Positions 44,723-57,479 are shown, numbered from the stretch's first letter. The stretch is 64,000 nucleotides of DNA from Actinomycetes bacterium (GCA_032123675.1 JAQBEX010000086.1:4713-68712); one strand, 5' to 3'. The notes: a model not told the origin generated them from the letters alone. A program made the numbers and translations.

Positions 44723-45948
44723 AGAAGCCGGTGGGCCTTCATGTAGGCGCCAAGTGCCGCGTACTCCCCTGCCTGGTCGGCGAACAGGACCACGTTGCGC
44801 GCGGAGCCGAACCACCGGCCGGTCGACGGGGTGATGGCCGTGATGGCCGACTCGAGATCGTCGTCACTGATTGCCCGATCGGAGGCGCCGGTACGGGCTG
44901 CATCCACAAGGGCGGACTGGGCAGCCGTGCGACAGACGTGGGCCAGGTCCGCGCCGGAGAACCCCTCGGTCCTGGCCGCCAGCCGTGCTGCGTCCACCGA
45001 CGCAGTGACGGGCAGCCCCGTGAGATGGGTGGCCAGGATCTCCACCCGGGCAGCGGCATCCGGGGGCTCGACGAAGACCGCCCGGTCGAAGCGTCCCGGG
45101 CGACGCAGCGCCCCGTCGACGTCCCAGGGGGCGTTCGTGGCGCCGAGCACGAAGACTCCCTCGTTCTGGCTGGCGACCCCGTCGAGCTCGGCGAGCAGCT
45201 GGTTGATCACGCCACGCAGCGCTGAGGCCGAGCGACCCAGGCCCGACCGCGACCGGCCGAGGGCATCGATCTCGTCGAAGAACAGCACGCATGGCGCCTG
45301 GGCGCGGGCGTAGGCGAACAATCCGGCGATGTTGCTCTCACTCTCGCCCATCCAGCGGCTCAGGACATCTGCGAGCCCCACGGCGATGAAGCGTGCGCCG
45401 AGCTCTCCGGCGACGGCTCGCGCCAGGTACGTCTTGCCGCACCCAGGAGGCCCGTAGAGGAGCAGGCCCCCTCGTAGACTGGCGCCGTACTTCTCGCGCA
45501 GCTCGGGGTTGCGCAACGGGGTCAGGAAGGCTCCCTCGATGTGCGCCTTGACCTCGGCGAGCCCGCCGACGTCGGACAGCCGCAGTGTCGTCTCCACCGG
45601 TTCGTGGGCCAGCCCTCCGGTGAGGTCGTCCTCGGCGGCACCCCAGTCGAACCCGGGCTCAGCGGGACGCGGACCCAGGGACGCCGGATGCGTCGGCGGG
45701 ACGGCGGATGCATCGCCGGGCCCCTGTGGATCCGGACCACCTGCCTGGGCGGCCATCGCCACGCGCATGAGGTCCTGCAGGTCAGCGTTGCCGGGATCAG
45801 CGGCAAGCAGCTGGCCCAGGTGACCCACCGCCTCCTGCCCGAGCCCAGCCTCAACCAGCAGTTCGGCCAGATGCGCGCGCAGGATCGCGTCCTCAGGCTC
45901 CCGGGTCACAGCCCGGCGCAGGCTGTCCAGAAGCCGGCCGCGGTCCAC
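44719..45948 (-). CDS. Classical-clade AAA+ ATPase with an N-terminal TPR-like segment
   Basis: Walker A is GPPGCGKT and Walker B is VLFFDEID. The SRH region is GATNAPWDVDGALRRPGRFD. A single AAA module is preceded by a helical TPR-like N-terminus and a Pro-rich linker. Confidence 0.85.
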   Translation of the reverse strand: MDRGRLLDSLRRAVTREPEDAILRAHLAELLVEAGLGQEAVGHLGQLLAADPGNADLQDLMRVAMAAQAGGPDPQGPGDASAVPPTHPASLGPRPAEPGFDWGAAEDDLTGGLAHEPVETTLRLSDVGGLAEVKAHIEGAFLTPLRNPELREKYGASLRGGLLLYGPPGCGKTYLARAVAGELGARFIAVGLADVLSRWMGESESNIAGLFAYARAQAPCVLFFDEIDALGRSRSGLGRSASALRGVINQLLAELDGVASQNEGVFVLGATNAPWDVDGALRRPGRFDRAVFVEPPDAAARVEILATHLTGLPVTASVDAARLAARTEGFSGADLAHVCRTAAQSALVDAARTGASDRAISDDDLESAITAITPSTGRWFGSARNVVLFADQAGEYAALGAYMKAHRLL

Positions 45949-46062
45949 ATCCCGAGGCTACCGGCTGGACTCCGCGCGGTCGCCACGGTTGGCCGTCAAG
46001 GCCCCAGTATCTGGCCAGGGAGAGCCGGGGCCTATCCCCCGGGACGAGGAACGGTGACCGGC

Positions 46063-47517
46063 TCAGACCATCATCGGTCGCGCAGTCGGCGGGATCGGCG
46101 CGGGCAGGGTCGTGGACCCGGTGAGGTGGGCGTCCACGGCTGCCGCCGCGGCGCGTCCCTCAGCGATCGCCCACACGATCAGGGACTGGCCACGCCCGGC
46201 GTCGCCGGCCACGTAAACGCCGGGCACCGACGAGGCGTAGTGGTCATCTCGGCGGATGTTGCCCCGCTCGTCGAGCTCGACCCCGAGCTGCCCGACCAGC
46301 GGACCCTGCTCCGGGCCGGTGAAGCCCATCGCGAGGAAGACCAGGTCGGCGACCAGCTCGCGCTCGGTCCCCGGAATCTCGACGAACCGGCCCTCGACCA
46401 TCTCGACGTCCACGATCTGCAAGGCCCGCAGGTTGCCCTCGGGATCGGCACGGAACTCCTTCGTGCTCACGGCATAGATGCGCTCGCCGCCCTCCTCATG
46501 GGCCGAGGTCACGCGGTAGAGCATCGGATAGGTCGGCCAGGGGGCGCTGCCGGGCCGGGTCTGCGGCGGCGTGGGCATGATCTCCAGCTGGGTGACACTG
46601 GCCGCACCCTGCCGGTGCGCAGTCCCCAGGCAGTCGGCGCCGGTGTCGCCGCCGCCGATGATGACCACGTGCTTGCCCTCGGCGCTGATCGGCGTCTGGT
46701 CCAGCTCGCCCGCGCAGACCCGGTTTGCCAGCGGGAGGTACTCCATCGCCTGGTGGACCCCGGGCAGGTCCGCACCCGGCACCGGCAGCCCGCGAGCGGT
46801 GGTGGCCCCGATCGCCAGCAGGATCACGTCGTGGCGATGCCGGAGCCGCGCGGCGGTGATGTCCACGCCCACCTCGACACCGGTGCGGAAGGCGACCCCC
46901 TCGGCCTCCATCTGCGCCAACCGGCGATCGAGGTGGCGCTTCTCCATCTTGAACTCGGGGATGCCGTAGCGGAGCAGCCCGCCGATCTGCGGGGCGCGCT
47001 CGTAGACCGAGACGGTATGGCCCACCCGGGCCAGCTGCTGGGCGGCGGCCAGGCCGGCGGGACCCGATCCGATCACCGCGACCCGCAGGCCGGACAGGCG
47101 CTCGGGGGCTGCCGGGACGACCCACCCGGCCTCCCAGGCACGATCGATGATCGAGACCTCGACCTGCTTGATCGTCACCGGGTCGGCGTTGATCCCCAGG
47201 ACGCAGGCTGCCTCGCATGGCGCGGGACACAGCCGACCGGTGAACTCCGGGAAGTTGTTGGTGGCATGAAGCCGCTCCGAGGCCTCGCGCCAGTCGTCGC
47301 GCCAGACCAGGTCGTTCCACTCGGGGATGAGGTTGCCCAGCGGGCATCCCTGATGGCAGAACGGGATGCCGCAGTCCATGCATCGGCCGGCCTGCTTCTC
47401 AAGGGCCTGCGGGCCGAACGGCTCGTAGACCTCATTCCAGTCATGGATGCGCACGTCCACCGGCCGCCGGCTGGGCAGCTCGCGACTGGTGGTCAGGAAA
47501 CCCTTGGGATCAGCCAC
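46063..47517 (-). CDS. gltD: Glutamate synthase small (NADPH) subunit
   Basis: It reads MADPKGFL...CMDCGIPFC...[14 protein letters not shown]. Confidence 0.95.
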   Translation of the reverse strand: MADPKGFLTTSRELPSRRPVDVRIHDWNEVYEPFGPQALEKQAGRCMDCGIPFCHQGCPLGNLIPEWNDLVWRDDWREASERLHATNNFPEFTGRLCPAPCEAACVLGINADPVTIKQVEVSIIDRAWEAGWVVPAAPERLSGLRVAVIGSGPAGLAAAQQLARVGHTVSVYERAPQIGGLLRYGIPEFKMEKRHLDRRLAQMEAEGVAFRTGVEVGVDITAARLRHRHDVILLAIGATTARGLPVPGADLPGVHQAMEYLPLANRVCAGELDQTPISAEGKHVVIIGGGDTGADCLGTAHRQGAASVTQLEIMPTPPQTRPGSAPWPTYPMLYRVTSAHEEGGERIYAVSTKEFRADPEGNLRALQIVDVEMVEGRFVEIPGTERELVADLVFLAMGFTGPEQGPLVGQLGVELDERGNIRRDDHYASSVPGVYVAGDAGRGQSLIVWAIAEGRAAAAAVDAHLTGSTTLPAPIPPTARPMMV

Positions 47518-50500
47518 GGCTCATCTCCTCCATCACTGCTTCGATCGGATCCCGGCCCTCGGCGCGGGCCTTGTCCTGGATGTCCAGGATCCTCCGGTAG
47601 TCGGAGGGCATGATCTTGGCGAACCTCGCCAGGCCCGCGGATCCCTGGTCCAGCAGGTCCTGGGCGAGCGTCGAACCGGTCTCCTCGACGTGCCTGCGCA
47701 AGATGCTGGTCAGCCAGTCCTGGTCGTCCGGCCCGAGCGGCTCGATGGCCACCATGTCCATGTTGACCCGCTGCGGGGCGATGTCGAGCACGAACGCGAT
47801 GCCACCGGACATGCCGGCCGCGAAGTTGCGGCCCGTGCGACCCAGGACGACCACGCGCCCCCCGGTCATGTACTCGCAGCCGTGGTCGCCCACGCCCTCG
47901 ACAACCATCGTCGCGCCGGAGTTGCGCACGGCGAACCGCTCGCCGACGCAACCGCGCAGGAACATCTCGCCGGAGGTTGCTCCGTACCCGATGACGTTGC
48001 CCGCGATGATCTGCTCCTCGGCTGAGAACGGGGCGGTGACATCGGGACGAACGACGATCCGGCCGCCGGACAGGCCCTTGCCCACGTAGTCGTTGGCATC
48101 GCCTTCGAGACGCAGGGTGATCCCCGAGGGCAGGAATGCGCCGAAGGACTGGCCCGCAGACCCGACCAGCACCAGGTCGATCGTCCCGTCGGGCAGCCCG
48201 GCCCCGCCATGCCGGCGGGTCACCTCGGCGCCCAGCATGGTGCCGACCGTGCGGTTGACGTTGCGGATGGCCACCTGGCCGCGGATCGGCTCGCCGGACT
48301 CCAGCGCCGGGCCACACATCGCGATCAACTCATTGTCCAGCGCCTTCTCGAGGCCGTGGTCCTGGGTGCTGGTCTGGTGCAGGGCCGCGCCCTCGGCGAA
48401 GGCCGGGGGCTCGAGGATCGGAGCCAGATTGAGCCCGGAGGCCTTCCAGTGATCGACCGCAGCACGGGCGTCGAGCATCTCCACGTGTCCGATCGCCTCG
48501 TCGAGGCTCCGGAAGCCCAACTCGGCCAGGTACTCCCGCACCTCCGCGGCGATGAACTCGAAGAAGTTGACCACGAACTCCGGCTTGCCGGTGAACCGGG
48601 CTCGCAGTTCGGGGTTCTGCGTGGCCACACCCACCGGGCACGTGTCCAGATGGCAGACCCGCATCATCACGCAGCCCATCACGACCAGGGGGGCGGAGGC
48701 GAAGCCGTACTCCTCAGCGCCGAGGAGGGCCGCGATCACGACATCGCGACCGGTCTTGAGCTGGCCGTCGGTCTGCAGCACGACCCGGTCGCGAAGGCGG
48801 TTGAGCAGCAGGGTCTGCTGGGTCTCGGCCAGGCCGAGCTCCCAGGGACCGCCGGCATGCTTGAGCGAGGTCAGTGGTGAGGCCCCGGTGCCACCATCGT
48901 GACCGGAGATGAGGATCACATCGGCATGTGCCTTGGCCACGCCAGCAGCAACCGTGCCCACGCCGACCTCGGCGACGAGCTTGACGTGGATCCGCGCGGC
49001 ATCGTTGGCGTTCTTCAGGTCGTGGATGAGCTGTGCGAGGTCCTCGATCGAGTAGATGTCGTGGTGCGGCGGCGGGCTGATCAGGCCAACACCCGGGGTG
49101 GAGTGCCGGGTCTTGGCGATCCACGGGTACACCTTGTGACCCGGCAGCTGGCCGCCCTCACCTGGCTTGGCACCCTGGGCCATCTTGATCTGGATGTCGT
49201 CGGCGTTGACCAGGTACTCGCTGGTGACTCCGAAGCGACCCGAGGCGACCTGCTTGATCGCCGAACGCTTCGAGTCACCGTTGGCCATCGTGATGAAGCG
49301 TTCCGGGTCCTCGCCGCCCTCACCCGTGTTGGACTTGCCACCCAGGCGGTTCATCGCGATCGCCAGGCTCTCGTGGGCCTCGCCGCTGATGGACCCATAA
49401 CTCATGGCCCCGGTGGAGAACCGCCTCACGATCTCGCTGATCGGCTCCACCTCCTCGAGCGGGATCGGCTCGCGCACCCCCTCGGCGAAGCGGAAGAGCC
49501 CGCGCAGGGTCATCAGCCGCTCGGCCTGGTCGTCGACGCGTGCCGTGTACTGCCTGAAGATGTCCATCCGGCCGCTGCGGGCCGAGTGCTGCAACCGGAA
49601 GACCGTGTCCGGGTCGAACAGGTGCGGCTCGCCCTCGCGTCGCCATTGGTACTCCCCGCCGATCGGCAGGGTGCGGTGTGAGGGGGCGATCCCGTTGGCC
49701 GGGTAGGCGTGGGCGTGGCGCAGCGCCACCTCCTCGGCGATGGTCGCCAGCCCCACGCCGCCGAGGCGGGACGTGGTCCCGGTGAAGTACTGGTCGACCA
49801 GCGGCTGGCTCAGGCCGATCGCCTCGAAGATCTGGGCGCCGCGGTAGGAGGCCACGGTGGAGACCCCCATCTTGCTCATCACCTTCAGCACGCCCTTGCC
49901 CAGGGCCTTGACGAGGTTGCGAACAGCCTTGTCCGGGGTGACCCCCGTGATGACTCGGCGCCTGGCAAGGTCCTCAACCGACTCCATCGCGAGGTACGGG
50001 TTGACTGCGGCAGCGCCATAGCCGATCAGCAGTGCCACGTGGTGCACCTCACGCACATCGCCGGCCTCGACCAGCAGGGTCACCTGGGTGCGGGTCCGGC
50101 GTCGGACCAGGTGGTGGTGCACCGCCGAGCACAGCAGCAGCGAGGGGATCGGGGCCAGGTCTGGATCCGAGTCGCGGTCGGAGAGGATGATGAACTTCTT
50201 GCCCCCGGAGAGGTGCCGGTCCACCTCGGAGCAGATCTCCCCGAGGCGCTTGCTCAGGCCGGGCCCACCGTCGGCGACCCGGTACAGGCCCCTGACCCGC
50301 ACCCCGGAGAACCCGGGTGCATCGCCGTCGGCATTGATCTGGCCGAGCTTGGCCAACTCGTCGTTGTCGATGACGGGGAACGGCAGCAGGACCTGCCGGC
50401 AGTGCCCGGCGTTCGAGTCCAGCAGGTTGCCCTCCGGGCCGATGTGACTCCCCAGGGACGTCACGATCTCCTCGCGGATCGCATCAAGCGGCGGGTTGGT

Positions 50501-52048
50501 CACCTGGGCGAAGAGCTGGATGAAGTAGTCGAAGAGCAGCCGCGGCCGGTCCGACAGCACGGCGATCGGGGTGTCGGTGCCCATCGATCCGAGGGCCTCC
50601 ATGGCATTCCTGGCCATCGGGGTGAGCAGGATCCGCAGCTCCTCGTCCGTGTAGCCGAACGTCTGCTGGCGGCGCGCCACTGACTTCGCAGTGTGCACGA
50701 CGTGCTCGCGCTCGGTCAGCTCCTCGAGGTGCACGAGGCCGGCCTGCAGCCACTCGGCGTAGGGGGCCTCGGCTGCGAGCTGGGACTTGATCTCGTCGTC
50801 CTCGATGATGCGCCCGGCGACGGTGTCGACCAGGAACATCCGTCCGGGCTGCAGCCGTCCCTTGCGCACCACCGTGGCCGGGTCGATGTCCAGGACGCCG
50901 GCCTCGGATCCCAGGACGACGAGCCCGTCATCGGTCACCCAGAAGCGCCCCGGGCGCAGGCCGTTGCGGTCCAGCACCGCACCGATCACCGAGCCGTCGG
51001 TGAAGCTGACGTTCGCCGGCCCGTCCCACGGCTCCATGAGGTTGGCGTGGAACTGGTAGAAGGCCCGGCGCGCCGGGTCCATGTCGTCGTTGTTCTCCCA
51101 TGCCTCGGGGATCATCATGAGCACCGCATGCGGCAGGCTGCGCCCGGCCATGTGCAGCAGCTCGACGACCTCGTCGAAGCTCGCCGAGTCGCTGGCGCCC
51201 TCGGTGCACACCGGCAGGATGCGGCGGATGTCCCCCGGGATCAGGTCCGAGTTCAGCTGAGCCTCGCGCGCGTGCATCCAGTTGCGGTTGCCGCGCACGG
51301 TGTTGATCTCGCCGTTGTGGGCCACGAGCCGGTACGGGTGGGCCAGGCTCCAACTGGGGAACGTGTTCGTGGAGAACCGCGAATGCACCAGGGCCAGGGC
51401 ACTGGTCAAGCGCGGGTCCGAGAGGTCCGGGAAGAACGGCTCCAACTGGCCAGTGGTCAACATGCCCTTGTAGACCAGCGTGCGCGACGACAGGCTCGGG
51501 AAGTAGACCTCAGCCTCCCGCTCTGCCCGCTTGCGCAGGCAGAAGGCCATCCGCTCCAGGACCACCTGGTCGATGTTCCTGTTGGCGGCCCCGACGAAGA
51601 GCTGACGGAACCGGGGCATGGTGCTGCGCGCTGTCGCCCCCACCAGGTCAATGTCGATGGGCACCGCGCGCCATCCGAGGACGACCAGATCCTCCTCCTC
51701 GGCGATCCGCTCGATCGCGGCCATCGAGTGCCGCTCAGCGGTCTCGTCGTCGGGAAGGAAGGCCAGCCCGACCGCATAGGACCCCGGGGAGGGGATCTCG
51801 AACTCGACCTCGGCACGCAGGAACGCATCGGGCACCTGCAGCAGGAGACCGGCGCCATCGCCGCTCTCCGGCTCAGCACCTGCGGCGCCACGATGGTCGA
51901 GGTTGCGCAGGGCGGTCAGGGCCTTGACGACGATGTCATTGCTCGGCACCCCGGTCATGGTCGCGACGAAGGCCACCCCGCACGCATCCCGCTCGAAGCC
52001 GGGGTCGTAGAGGCCGGTGGGTCCGGGGATTGCGGAGAACAAAGTCAT
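47510..52048 (-). CDS. gltB: Glutamate synthase large subunit
   Basis: 1512 aa. It has the Ntn Cys (ERDACGVAF), FMN and 3Fe-4S domains, and a GXGXG C-terminal domain. Confidence 0.97.
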   Translation of the reverse strand: MTLFSAIPGPTGLYDPGFERDACGVAFVATMTGVPSNDIVVKALTALRNLDHRGAAGAEPESGDGAGLLLQVPDAFLRAEVEFEIPSPGSYAVGLAFLPDDETAERHSMAAIERIAEEEDLVVLGWRAVPIDIDLVGATARSTMPRFRQLFVGAANRNIDQVVLERMAFCLRKRAEREAEVYFPSLSSRTLVYKGMLTTGQLEPFFPDLSDPRLTSALALVHSRFSTNTFPSWSLAHPYRLVAHNGEINTVRGNRNWMHAREAQLNSDLIPGDIRRILPVCTEGASDSASFDEVVELLHMAGRSLPHAVLMMIPEAWENNDDMDPARRAFYQFHANLMEPWDGPANVSFTDGSVIGAVLDRNGLRPGRFWVTDDGLVVLGSEAGVLDIDPATVVRKGRLQPGRMFLVDTVAGRIIEDDEIKSQLAAEAPYAEWLQAGLVHLEELTEREHVVHTAKSVARRQQTFGYTDEELRILLTPMARNAMEALGSMGTDTPIAVLSDRPRLLFDYFIQLFAQVTNPPLDAIREEIVTSLGSHIGPEGNLLDSNAGHCRQVLLPFPVIDNDELAKLGQINADGDAPGFSGVRVRGLYRVADGGPGLSKRLGEICSEVDRHLSGGKKFIILSDRDSDPDLAPIPSLLLCSAVHHHLVRRRTRTQVTLLVEAGDVREVHHVALLIGYGAAAVNPYLAMESVEDLARRRVITGVTPDKAVRNLVKALGKGVLKVMSKMGVSTVASYRGAQIFEAIGLSQPLVDQYFTGTTSRLGGVGLATIAEEVALRHAHAYPANGIAPSHRTLPIGGEYQWRREGEPHLFDPDTVFRLQHSARSGRMDIFRQYTARVDDQAERLMTLRGLFRFAEGVREPIPLEEVEPISEIVRRFSTGAMSYGSISGEAHESLAIAMNRLGGKSNTGEGGEDPERFITMANGDSKRSAIKQVASGRFGVTSEYLVNADDIQIKMAQGAKPGEGGQLPGHKVYPWIAKTRHSTPGVGLISPPPHHDIYSIEDLAQLIHDLKNANDAARIHVKLVAEVGVGTVAAGVAKAHADVILISGHDGGTGASPLTSLKHAGGPWELGLAETQQTLLLNRLRDRVVLQTDGQLKTGRDVVIAALLGAEEYGFASAPLVVMGCVMMRVCHLDTCPVGVATQNPELRARFTGKPEFVVNFFEFIAAEVREYLAELGFRSLDEAIGHVEMLDARAAVDHWKASGLNLAPILEPPAFAEGAALHQTSTQDHGLEKALDNELIAMCGPALESGEPIRGQVAIRNVNRTVGTMLGAEVTRRHGGAGLPDGTIDLVLVGSAGQSFGAFLPSGITLRLEGDANDYVGKGLSGGRIVVRPDVTAPFSAEEQIIAGNVIGYGATSGEMFLRGCVGERFAVRNSGATMVVEGVGDHGCEYMTGGRVVVLGRTGRNFAAGMSGGIAFVLDIAPQRVNMDMVAIEPLGPDDQDWLTSILRRHVEETGSTLAQDLLDQGSAGLARFAKIMPSDYRRILDIQDKARAEGRDPIEAVMEEMSRG

Positions 52049-52224
52049 GTGGGCTCCTCAACGTCATCACCGGCCTGCTCCTGCGGGCCGCGATGGCGCG
52101 GTGGGTGCGGGAGTTGAGGTCAGCGGGACGTCGTTGGCCCACTGGGTCGACAGGATAGGCCATCACAGGTGGGGCGTGCACGCGGCGGGCCGCAGCGAGG
52201 ACGCGCCGAGGCCCGCCGCACGAC

Positions 52225-52264
52225 GAAGGCGGTGCCCGCCCCCCGGGGGACGGGCACCGCCTTC
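52225..52264 (-). terminator. GC-rich perfect hairpin (putative terminator, no clear U-tract)
   Basis: The plus strand reads gaaggcggtgcccg-ccccccggggga-cgggcaccgccttc. It has a 14-bp perfect stem and lies 29 nt downstream of the stop of gene 52293..52739. Confidence 0.5.
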
Positions 52265-52292
52265 ATGCATCGGTGCCAGGTGCGCCGGTCAA

Positions 52293-52739
52293 TCAGGCGC
52301 TGACGGCCGGTGCCTCGGCGCCAGCCACTGCGGTGCGCTTGTCCAGAGCGGAGACACCCACGCCGATGATGATGCTCAGCACGCCCACGCCCATGGCGAA
52401 GAGGGCAACGCCGAAGGCCACCACGGAGGTGAACAGGGATGCGCGCAGGAAGGAAGCGCTCTGCGCCACGGCGCGCAGCGGGTCCTCACGGTCGAGCTCG
52501 GCGTAGGTCTTGCCACCGGTCGACTCCAGGGCATGGTCGTTGATGATCTCGGCCATGCAGTAGGCCTCGAGCGGGCCGTTGACGGCCTGCCCCTGCTGGC
52601 ACGAAGCGTCGTCGGTGACCGTGATGTTCTCGGCAGCGAGCTGGTTGGACACCGTGTACCAGGTGCCGGCGCCGCCGACAAGCAGGATCGCACCAGCGAT
52701 GTACAGCAGGATTGCGACGACCTTGGGAGTCTTGGACAT
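52293..52739 (-). CDS. Hypothetical two-TM membrane protein
   Basis: 148 aa with N- and C-terminal hydrophobic helices flanking a loop of about 70 aa containing 2 Cys. A GAGGAGAACC SD region lies upstream. Confidence 0.6.
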   Translation of the reverse strand: MSKTPKVVAILLYIAGAILLVGGAGTWYTVSNQLAAENITVTDDASCQQGQAVNGPLEAYCMAEIINDHALESTGGKTYAELDREDPLRAVAQSASFLRASLFTSVVAFGVALFAMGVGVLSIIIGVGVSALDKRTAVAGAEAPAVSA

Positions 52740-52847
52740 TGGTTCTCCTCGGTATGAGTGATGCGTGGATGATTCGAATGGAGCATGAACGCGGTGTGCT
52801 CGCTTTCGGGTTCAACTATGAGCCACCGTCGTCAGGGCATCGGTCGC

Positions 52848-52897
52848 AGAAACGCCGGATTCCGGCGCCAATGGTCCCGAGATTCTCAGGACCATTG
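52848..52897 (-). terminator. Tandem hairpins after lgt; the second is an intrinsic-terminator-like stem plus UUUCU
   Basis: On the minus strand, hairpin 1 is CAAUGGUCC-11 nt-GGACCAUUG (52897..52869). Hairpin 2 is CGCCGG-AAU-CCGGCG (52867..52853), followed by UUUCU. The pair begins 6 nt after the lgt stop. Confidence 0.6.
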
Positions 52898-52902
52898 AAG
52901 CC

Positions 52903-53778
52903 TCACCTACCCGGAAGAACGTCCTCCTGACCTGCGGAGATACCCCGCAGGGCATCGGGCGCCTCGCGCCCGGGTCGGGTTCGTGCACTGATCACGAACA
53001 CGACGACCGCAGTCAGCCCCACGACGACCGACGTGAACACGTTGACCCGGATCCCGCCGATCAGCGTCGCAGGGTCGATGCGCAGCAGTTCCATCCCGAG
53101 CCGCCCCACGCAGTAGGCCGCCACGTACAGGGCGAACGCACGGCCGTGCCCGAGCGTCCAGCGACGATCCGCCCACCAGACCAGGGCGGCGACACCGACC
53201 AGCCAGATGGCCTCGTACAGGAACGTCGGGTGGAAGGTCGCGTACTGCTCGTAGCCCGCCGGACGGTACGCCGGGTCGATCGCCAGAGCCCAGGGCAGCT
53301 CGGTCGGCCTGCCGAAGAGCTCCTGGTTGAACCAGTTGCCGAAGCGGCCGATGGCCTGCGCCAGCGGGAGGCCCACCGCCAATGCGTCGCCGAAGGCTGG
53401 CAGGGGGACCTCATGGCGGCGGCAGCCGATCCAGGCCCCCACCGCACCGAGCGCGATCGCTCCCCAGATCCCGAGGCCGCCCTCCCAGATCGCGATGGCT
53501 CCGCGCAGGCCCGACCCTCCGGCACCGAAGTAGGTCGGCCAGTCGGTGAACACGTGGTAGAGCCGGCCTCCGATGATTCCGAACGGCACGGCCCAGACAG
53601 CGACGTCGTAGACGAGGCCCTTGGTGCCCCCGCGCTCGACCCAGCGCCGGTCGCCGACCCACATGGCGACAACGATGCCGGCCAGGATGCACAGGGCATA
53701 GGCCCGCAGCGGTACGGGGCCCAGGTACCAGACCGACTGTTCGGGGCTGGGGATCGAGGTTGCCAGCGCGCCGATCAC
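52903..53778 (-). CDS. lgt: Prolipoprotein diacylglyceryl transferase
   Basis: Start at GTG 53778, overlapping the dsbA-like stop (GTGA). It contains GGRLYH, FGNWFNQELFG and HPTFLYE blocks. Confidence 0.9.
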   Translation of the reverse strand: MIGALATSIPSPEQSVWYLGPVPLRAYALCILAGIVVAMWVGDRRWVERGGTKGLVYDVAVWAVPFGIIGGRLYHVFTDWPTYFGAGGSGLRGAIAIWEGGLGIWGAIALGAVGAWIGCRRHEVPLPAFGDALAVGLPLAQAIGRFGNWFNQELFGRPTELPWALAIDPAYRPAGYEQYATFHPTFLYEAIWLVGVAALVWWADRRWTLGHGRAFALYVAAYCVGRLGMELLRIDPATLIGGIRVNVFTSVVVGLTAVVVFVISARTRPGREAPDALRGISAGQEDVLPGR

Positions 53779-54632
53779 TTGGCCGTCGCAGCGTCGATCT
53801 TCTGCGTCAGGCTCTCGATGTCGGCCAGTTCGGCCCCAGACAGCTCGACACCGTTCAGGTAGGCGGTCGGGGTCCCGCTGGCCCCTGACTCGCTGAAGGC
53901 CTGGTTGCTGTTGGCCGCCCAGGACAGGTAGGTCCCGTCCTGGACGCACGTGGTGAACGTGGGCAGGGCCTCCTCAGAGATTCCGACCGTCGTGCCCAGG
54001 TCGAGCAACTGCTGGTCGGAGAAGCCGACACCCTCCTGGGCCGGTTGGATGTCGAAGACGCCCGAGTGGTACTCACCAGTCAGGCCGGCATCCACCGCGC
54101 AACCCCAGGCACTGGTGGATCGGGCAGAGGAGTTCGGGTTGCCGTTGGCATCGTTGTCGGCGGCCAGCCCGGCGTCGAGGAAGATGGCCGGCCGGAAGAG
54201 CAGCTTGACCAGGCCCTCGTCGGCCAGTGCCTTGATCTGGTCGCCCGAGGCGTCCTCGACCTGCTTGCAGGCCGGACACTGGAAGTCCTCCCAGATCTCG
54301 AGCGTGGGCAGCGATGCCTCGTTCGCGGCACCCCAGCCGTTGCCGTACGGGACGCCGTAGTTGTCCGGGGACACACCCGAGGGCAGGGCCGCGTCCGGGT
54401 CGGCCGTGGGGGCCGGCGTCGAGGAGCTCGACGATCCATCGTCACGACCGGCGAAGAAGCCCACCGCCAGCAGGCCACCGACGACCAGCAGCACCACCAG
54501 CCCGCCGACGATCCGGATGGTCCGCTCACGGCGGCGTTCGGCTGCCTCTGACTCGGCACGGGCCTGGGCCGCGACCTGCTTGGGCGTGAGACCGGACTGG
54601 CCTGATTTGGACGTGGGTTTCTTCGGTGCCAT
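53775..54632 (-). CDS. DsbA-family thiol:disulfide oxidoreductase, membrane-anchored
   Basis: Start at ATG 54632, with a GGAGG SD 6 nt upstream. It has an N-terminal TM and a thioredoxin-fold CPACK active site. Confidence 0.85.
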   Translation of the reverse strand: MAPKKPTSKSGQSGLTPKQVAAQARAESEAAERRRERTIRIVGGLVVLLVVGGLLAVGFFAGRDDGSSSSSTPAPTADPDAALPSGVSPDNYGVPYGNGWGAANEASLPTLEIWEDFQCPACKQVEDASGDQIKALADEGLVKLLFRPAIFLDAGLAADNDANGNPNSSARSTSAWGCAVDAGLTGEYHSGVFDIQPAQEGVGFSDQQLLDLGTTVGISEEALPTFTTCVQDGTYLSWAANSNQAFSESGASGTPTAYLNGVELSGAELADIESLTQKIDAATAK

Positions 54633-54796
54633 CAACTACCTCCGTGAGTCGGGGCAAGATTACCCGAATTGCCGGGGATCGGACCCGCACCGGGTCGTGG
54701 CAGTTTCCGGTCGCGAACGGCCGACCCTGAACTACCATCGTGCACGTGCAGCCGACCGACCGGCCGACGCACGGACACCAACAGGCAGGACGCGCG

Positions 54797-55423
54797 ATGG
54801 TCAACGTCTCCACAGAGGTGGCCGACGTGCCGACCCCACCGACCCCACCGGCCGCCCACCGGTACCACCCGGGGGCCTTCATCGAGATGCTGGTGTCGAG
54901 CATCATCGGGTTGGTCGCCTCCCTGGTGCTGTCCATCGACGCGGTCGCACTGGCCGAAGATCCCCTGGCCGACCTGTCCTGCAACATCTCCTCGACGATC
55001 TCCTGCGCCACCGTGGGACTCACATGGCAGGCCAACCTCCTGGGCTTCCCGAACGCCTTCCTGGGCCTGATCGCTGAGCCGGTGGTGATCACCATCGCCG
55101 TGGCGGCGCTCGGCGGCGTGCGGTTCCCCCGGTGGTTCATGCTCTCAGCCCAGGTCGTGTACTCGATCGGGCTGGCGTTCGCGTACTGGCTGTTCTACCA
55201 GGCCTACTTCGTGATCGGGGCGATGTGCCCGTGGTGCATGCTCATCACGATCACGACCACGCTGGTGTTCGCCTCGATGACCCGGGTCAACATCCTGGAG
55301 GGCCACTTCGGCGCCCGGGCCAAGCAGCGCCTTGAACGGCCGCTGCGCCTCGGCCTCGATGCCGCCGGCGTCGTGATCGTCCTGGCCATCCTGGCCGCGA
55401 TGGTGATCTACAAGTACGTCTAG
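54797..55423 (+). CDS. Vitamin K epoxide reductase (VKOR) family protein
   Basis: The loop Cys pair is CNISSTISC and the active site is CPWC in a TM helix. Start is ATG 54797, with in-frame GTG 54740 as an alternative. The 3' end overlaps the trpA 3' end by 4 nt (convergent). Confidence 0.85.
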   Translation: MVNVSTEVADVPTPPTPPAAHRYHPGAFIEMLVSSIIGLVASLVLSIDAVALAEDPLADLSCNISSTISCATVGLTWQANLLGFPNAFLGLIAEPVVITIAVAALGGVRFPRWFMLSAQVVYSIGLAFAYWLFYQAYFVIGAMCPWCMLITITTTLVFASMTRVNILEGHFGARAKQRLERPLRLGLDAAGVVIVLAILAAMVIYKYV

Positions 55424-56228
55424 GACCCAGCCCGGGTCGGCGCGCGCACGCCTGCTGCCAGTTCGGCGGCAAGTTCACGCACGGCGGCCACTGCCGCAGC
55501 GTGACTGGGCGCAGCCAGGATCCGGGCGATGAACGCCGACCCGACGATCACGCCGTCGGCGTAGGACGCGACCTCCGCGGCCTGCTCGCCGGTGGACACG
55601 CCAAGCCCGACAGCCACCGGCAGGTCGGTTGCTGCGCGCACCCGCGCGACCAGTTCCCGGGCGCCGGACCCGACACTCGCGCGCGCCCCGGTGACGCCCA
55701 TGGTCGAGGCGGCGTAGACGAAGCCGTCGGTCACGGCGGCGACCGAGGCGATCCGCTCGTCCGTGCTTGACGGCGCCACCAGGAAGACCCGCGAGACGCC
55801 AGTGGCGTCCGTCGCGGCCAGCCAGTCCGAAGCCTCCTCGGGGGTGAGGTCAGGGGTGATCACGCCCACTCCGCCAGCGTGGCGCAGCCGGTCGGCGAAT
55901 GCCTCGACGCCGATGTGCTCGATCGGGTTCCAGTAGGACATGACCAGCGTGGGGGCACCCGTGGCGGCCACCGCAGCCACGGTGTCCAGCACCCCGGCGA
56001 CCGTGGACCCGGCGGTCAGGGACTGGTGCACGGCGGCCTGGATCGTGGGGCCGTCCATCAGCGGGTCGGAGTACGGCAGCCCGATCTCGACGATGTCGAC
56101 CCCGGCATCGACCATCGCCAGAGCCAAGGCGATGCCCTCCGCCTGCGTGGGGAACCCGCTGGGCAGGTAGCCGATCAGGGCGGCGCGGCCGTCAGCTCGG
56201 GCCCGCTCGAAGGTGCTGCGCAGGGCCG

Positions 56229-56232
<4 letters not shown>
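55420..56232 (-). CDS. trpA: Tryptophan synthase alpha chain
   Basis: It reads IGYLPSGFP...[17 protein letters not shown]...GFVYAAS. Confidence 0.95.

Positions 56233-57475
<1,243 letters not shown>

Positions 57476-57479
<4 letters not shown>

Noticed and set aside
46025-46042. 6-bp GC hairpin after gltD, and similar short hairpins after metK (22811..22860) and after the TPR gene (43541..43575)
   Set aside because: They have short stems and no U-tracts. Such hairpins are frequent by chance in GC-rich DNA, so I did not list them as terminators.
42581-47613. 721-aa and 690-aa plus-strand ORFs spanning pyk/TPR/AAA and AAA/gltD
   Set aside because: They cross boundaries of well-supported minus-strand genes and have no domain signatures. 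They are GC-frame artefacts.
54632-54745. Near-repeat AACTACC(T/A)(C/T)CGTG at both ends of the dsbA-VKOR intergenic region
   Set aside because: The match is only 11 of 13. One copy is simply the dsbA SD region. There is not enough evidence to call it an operator.
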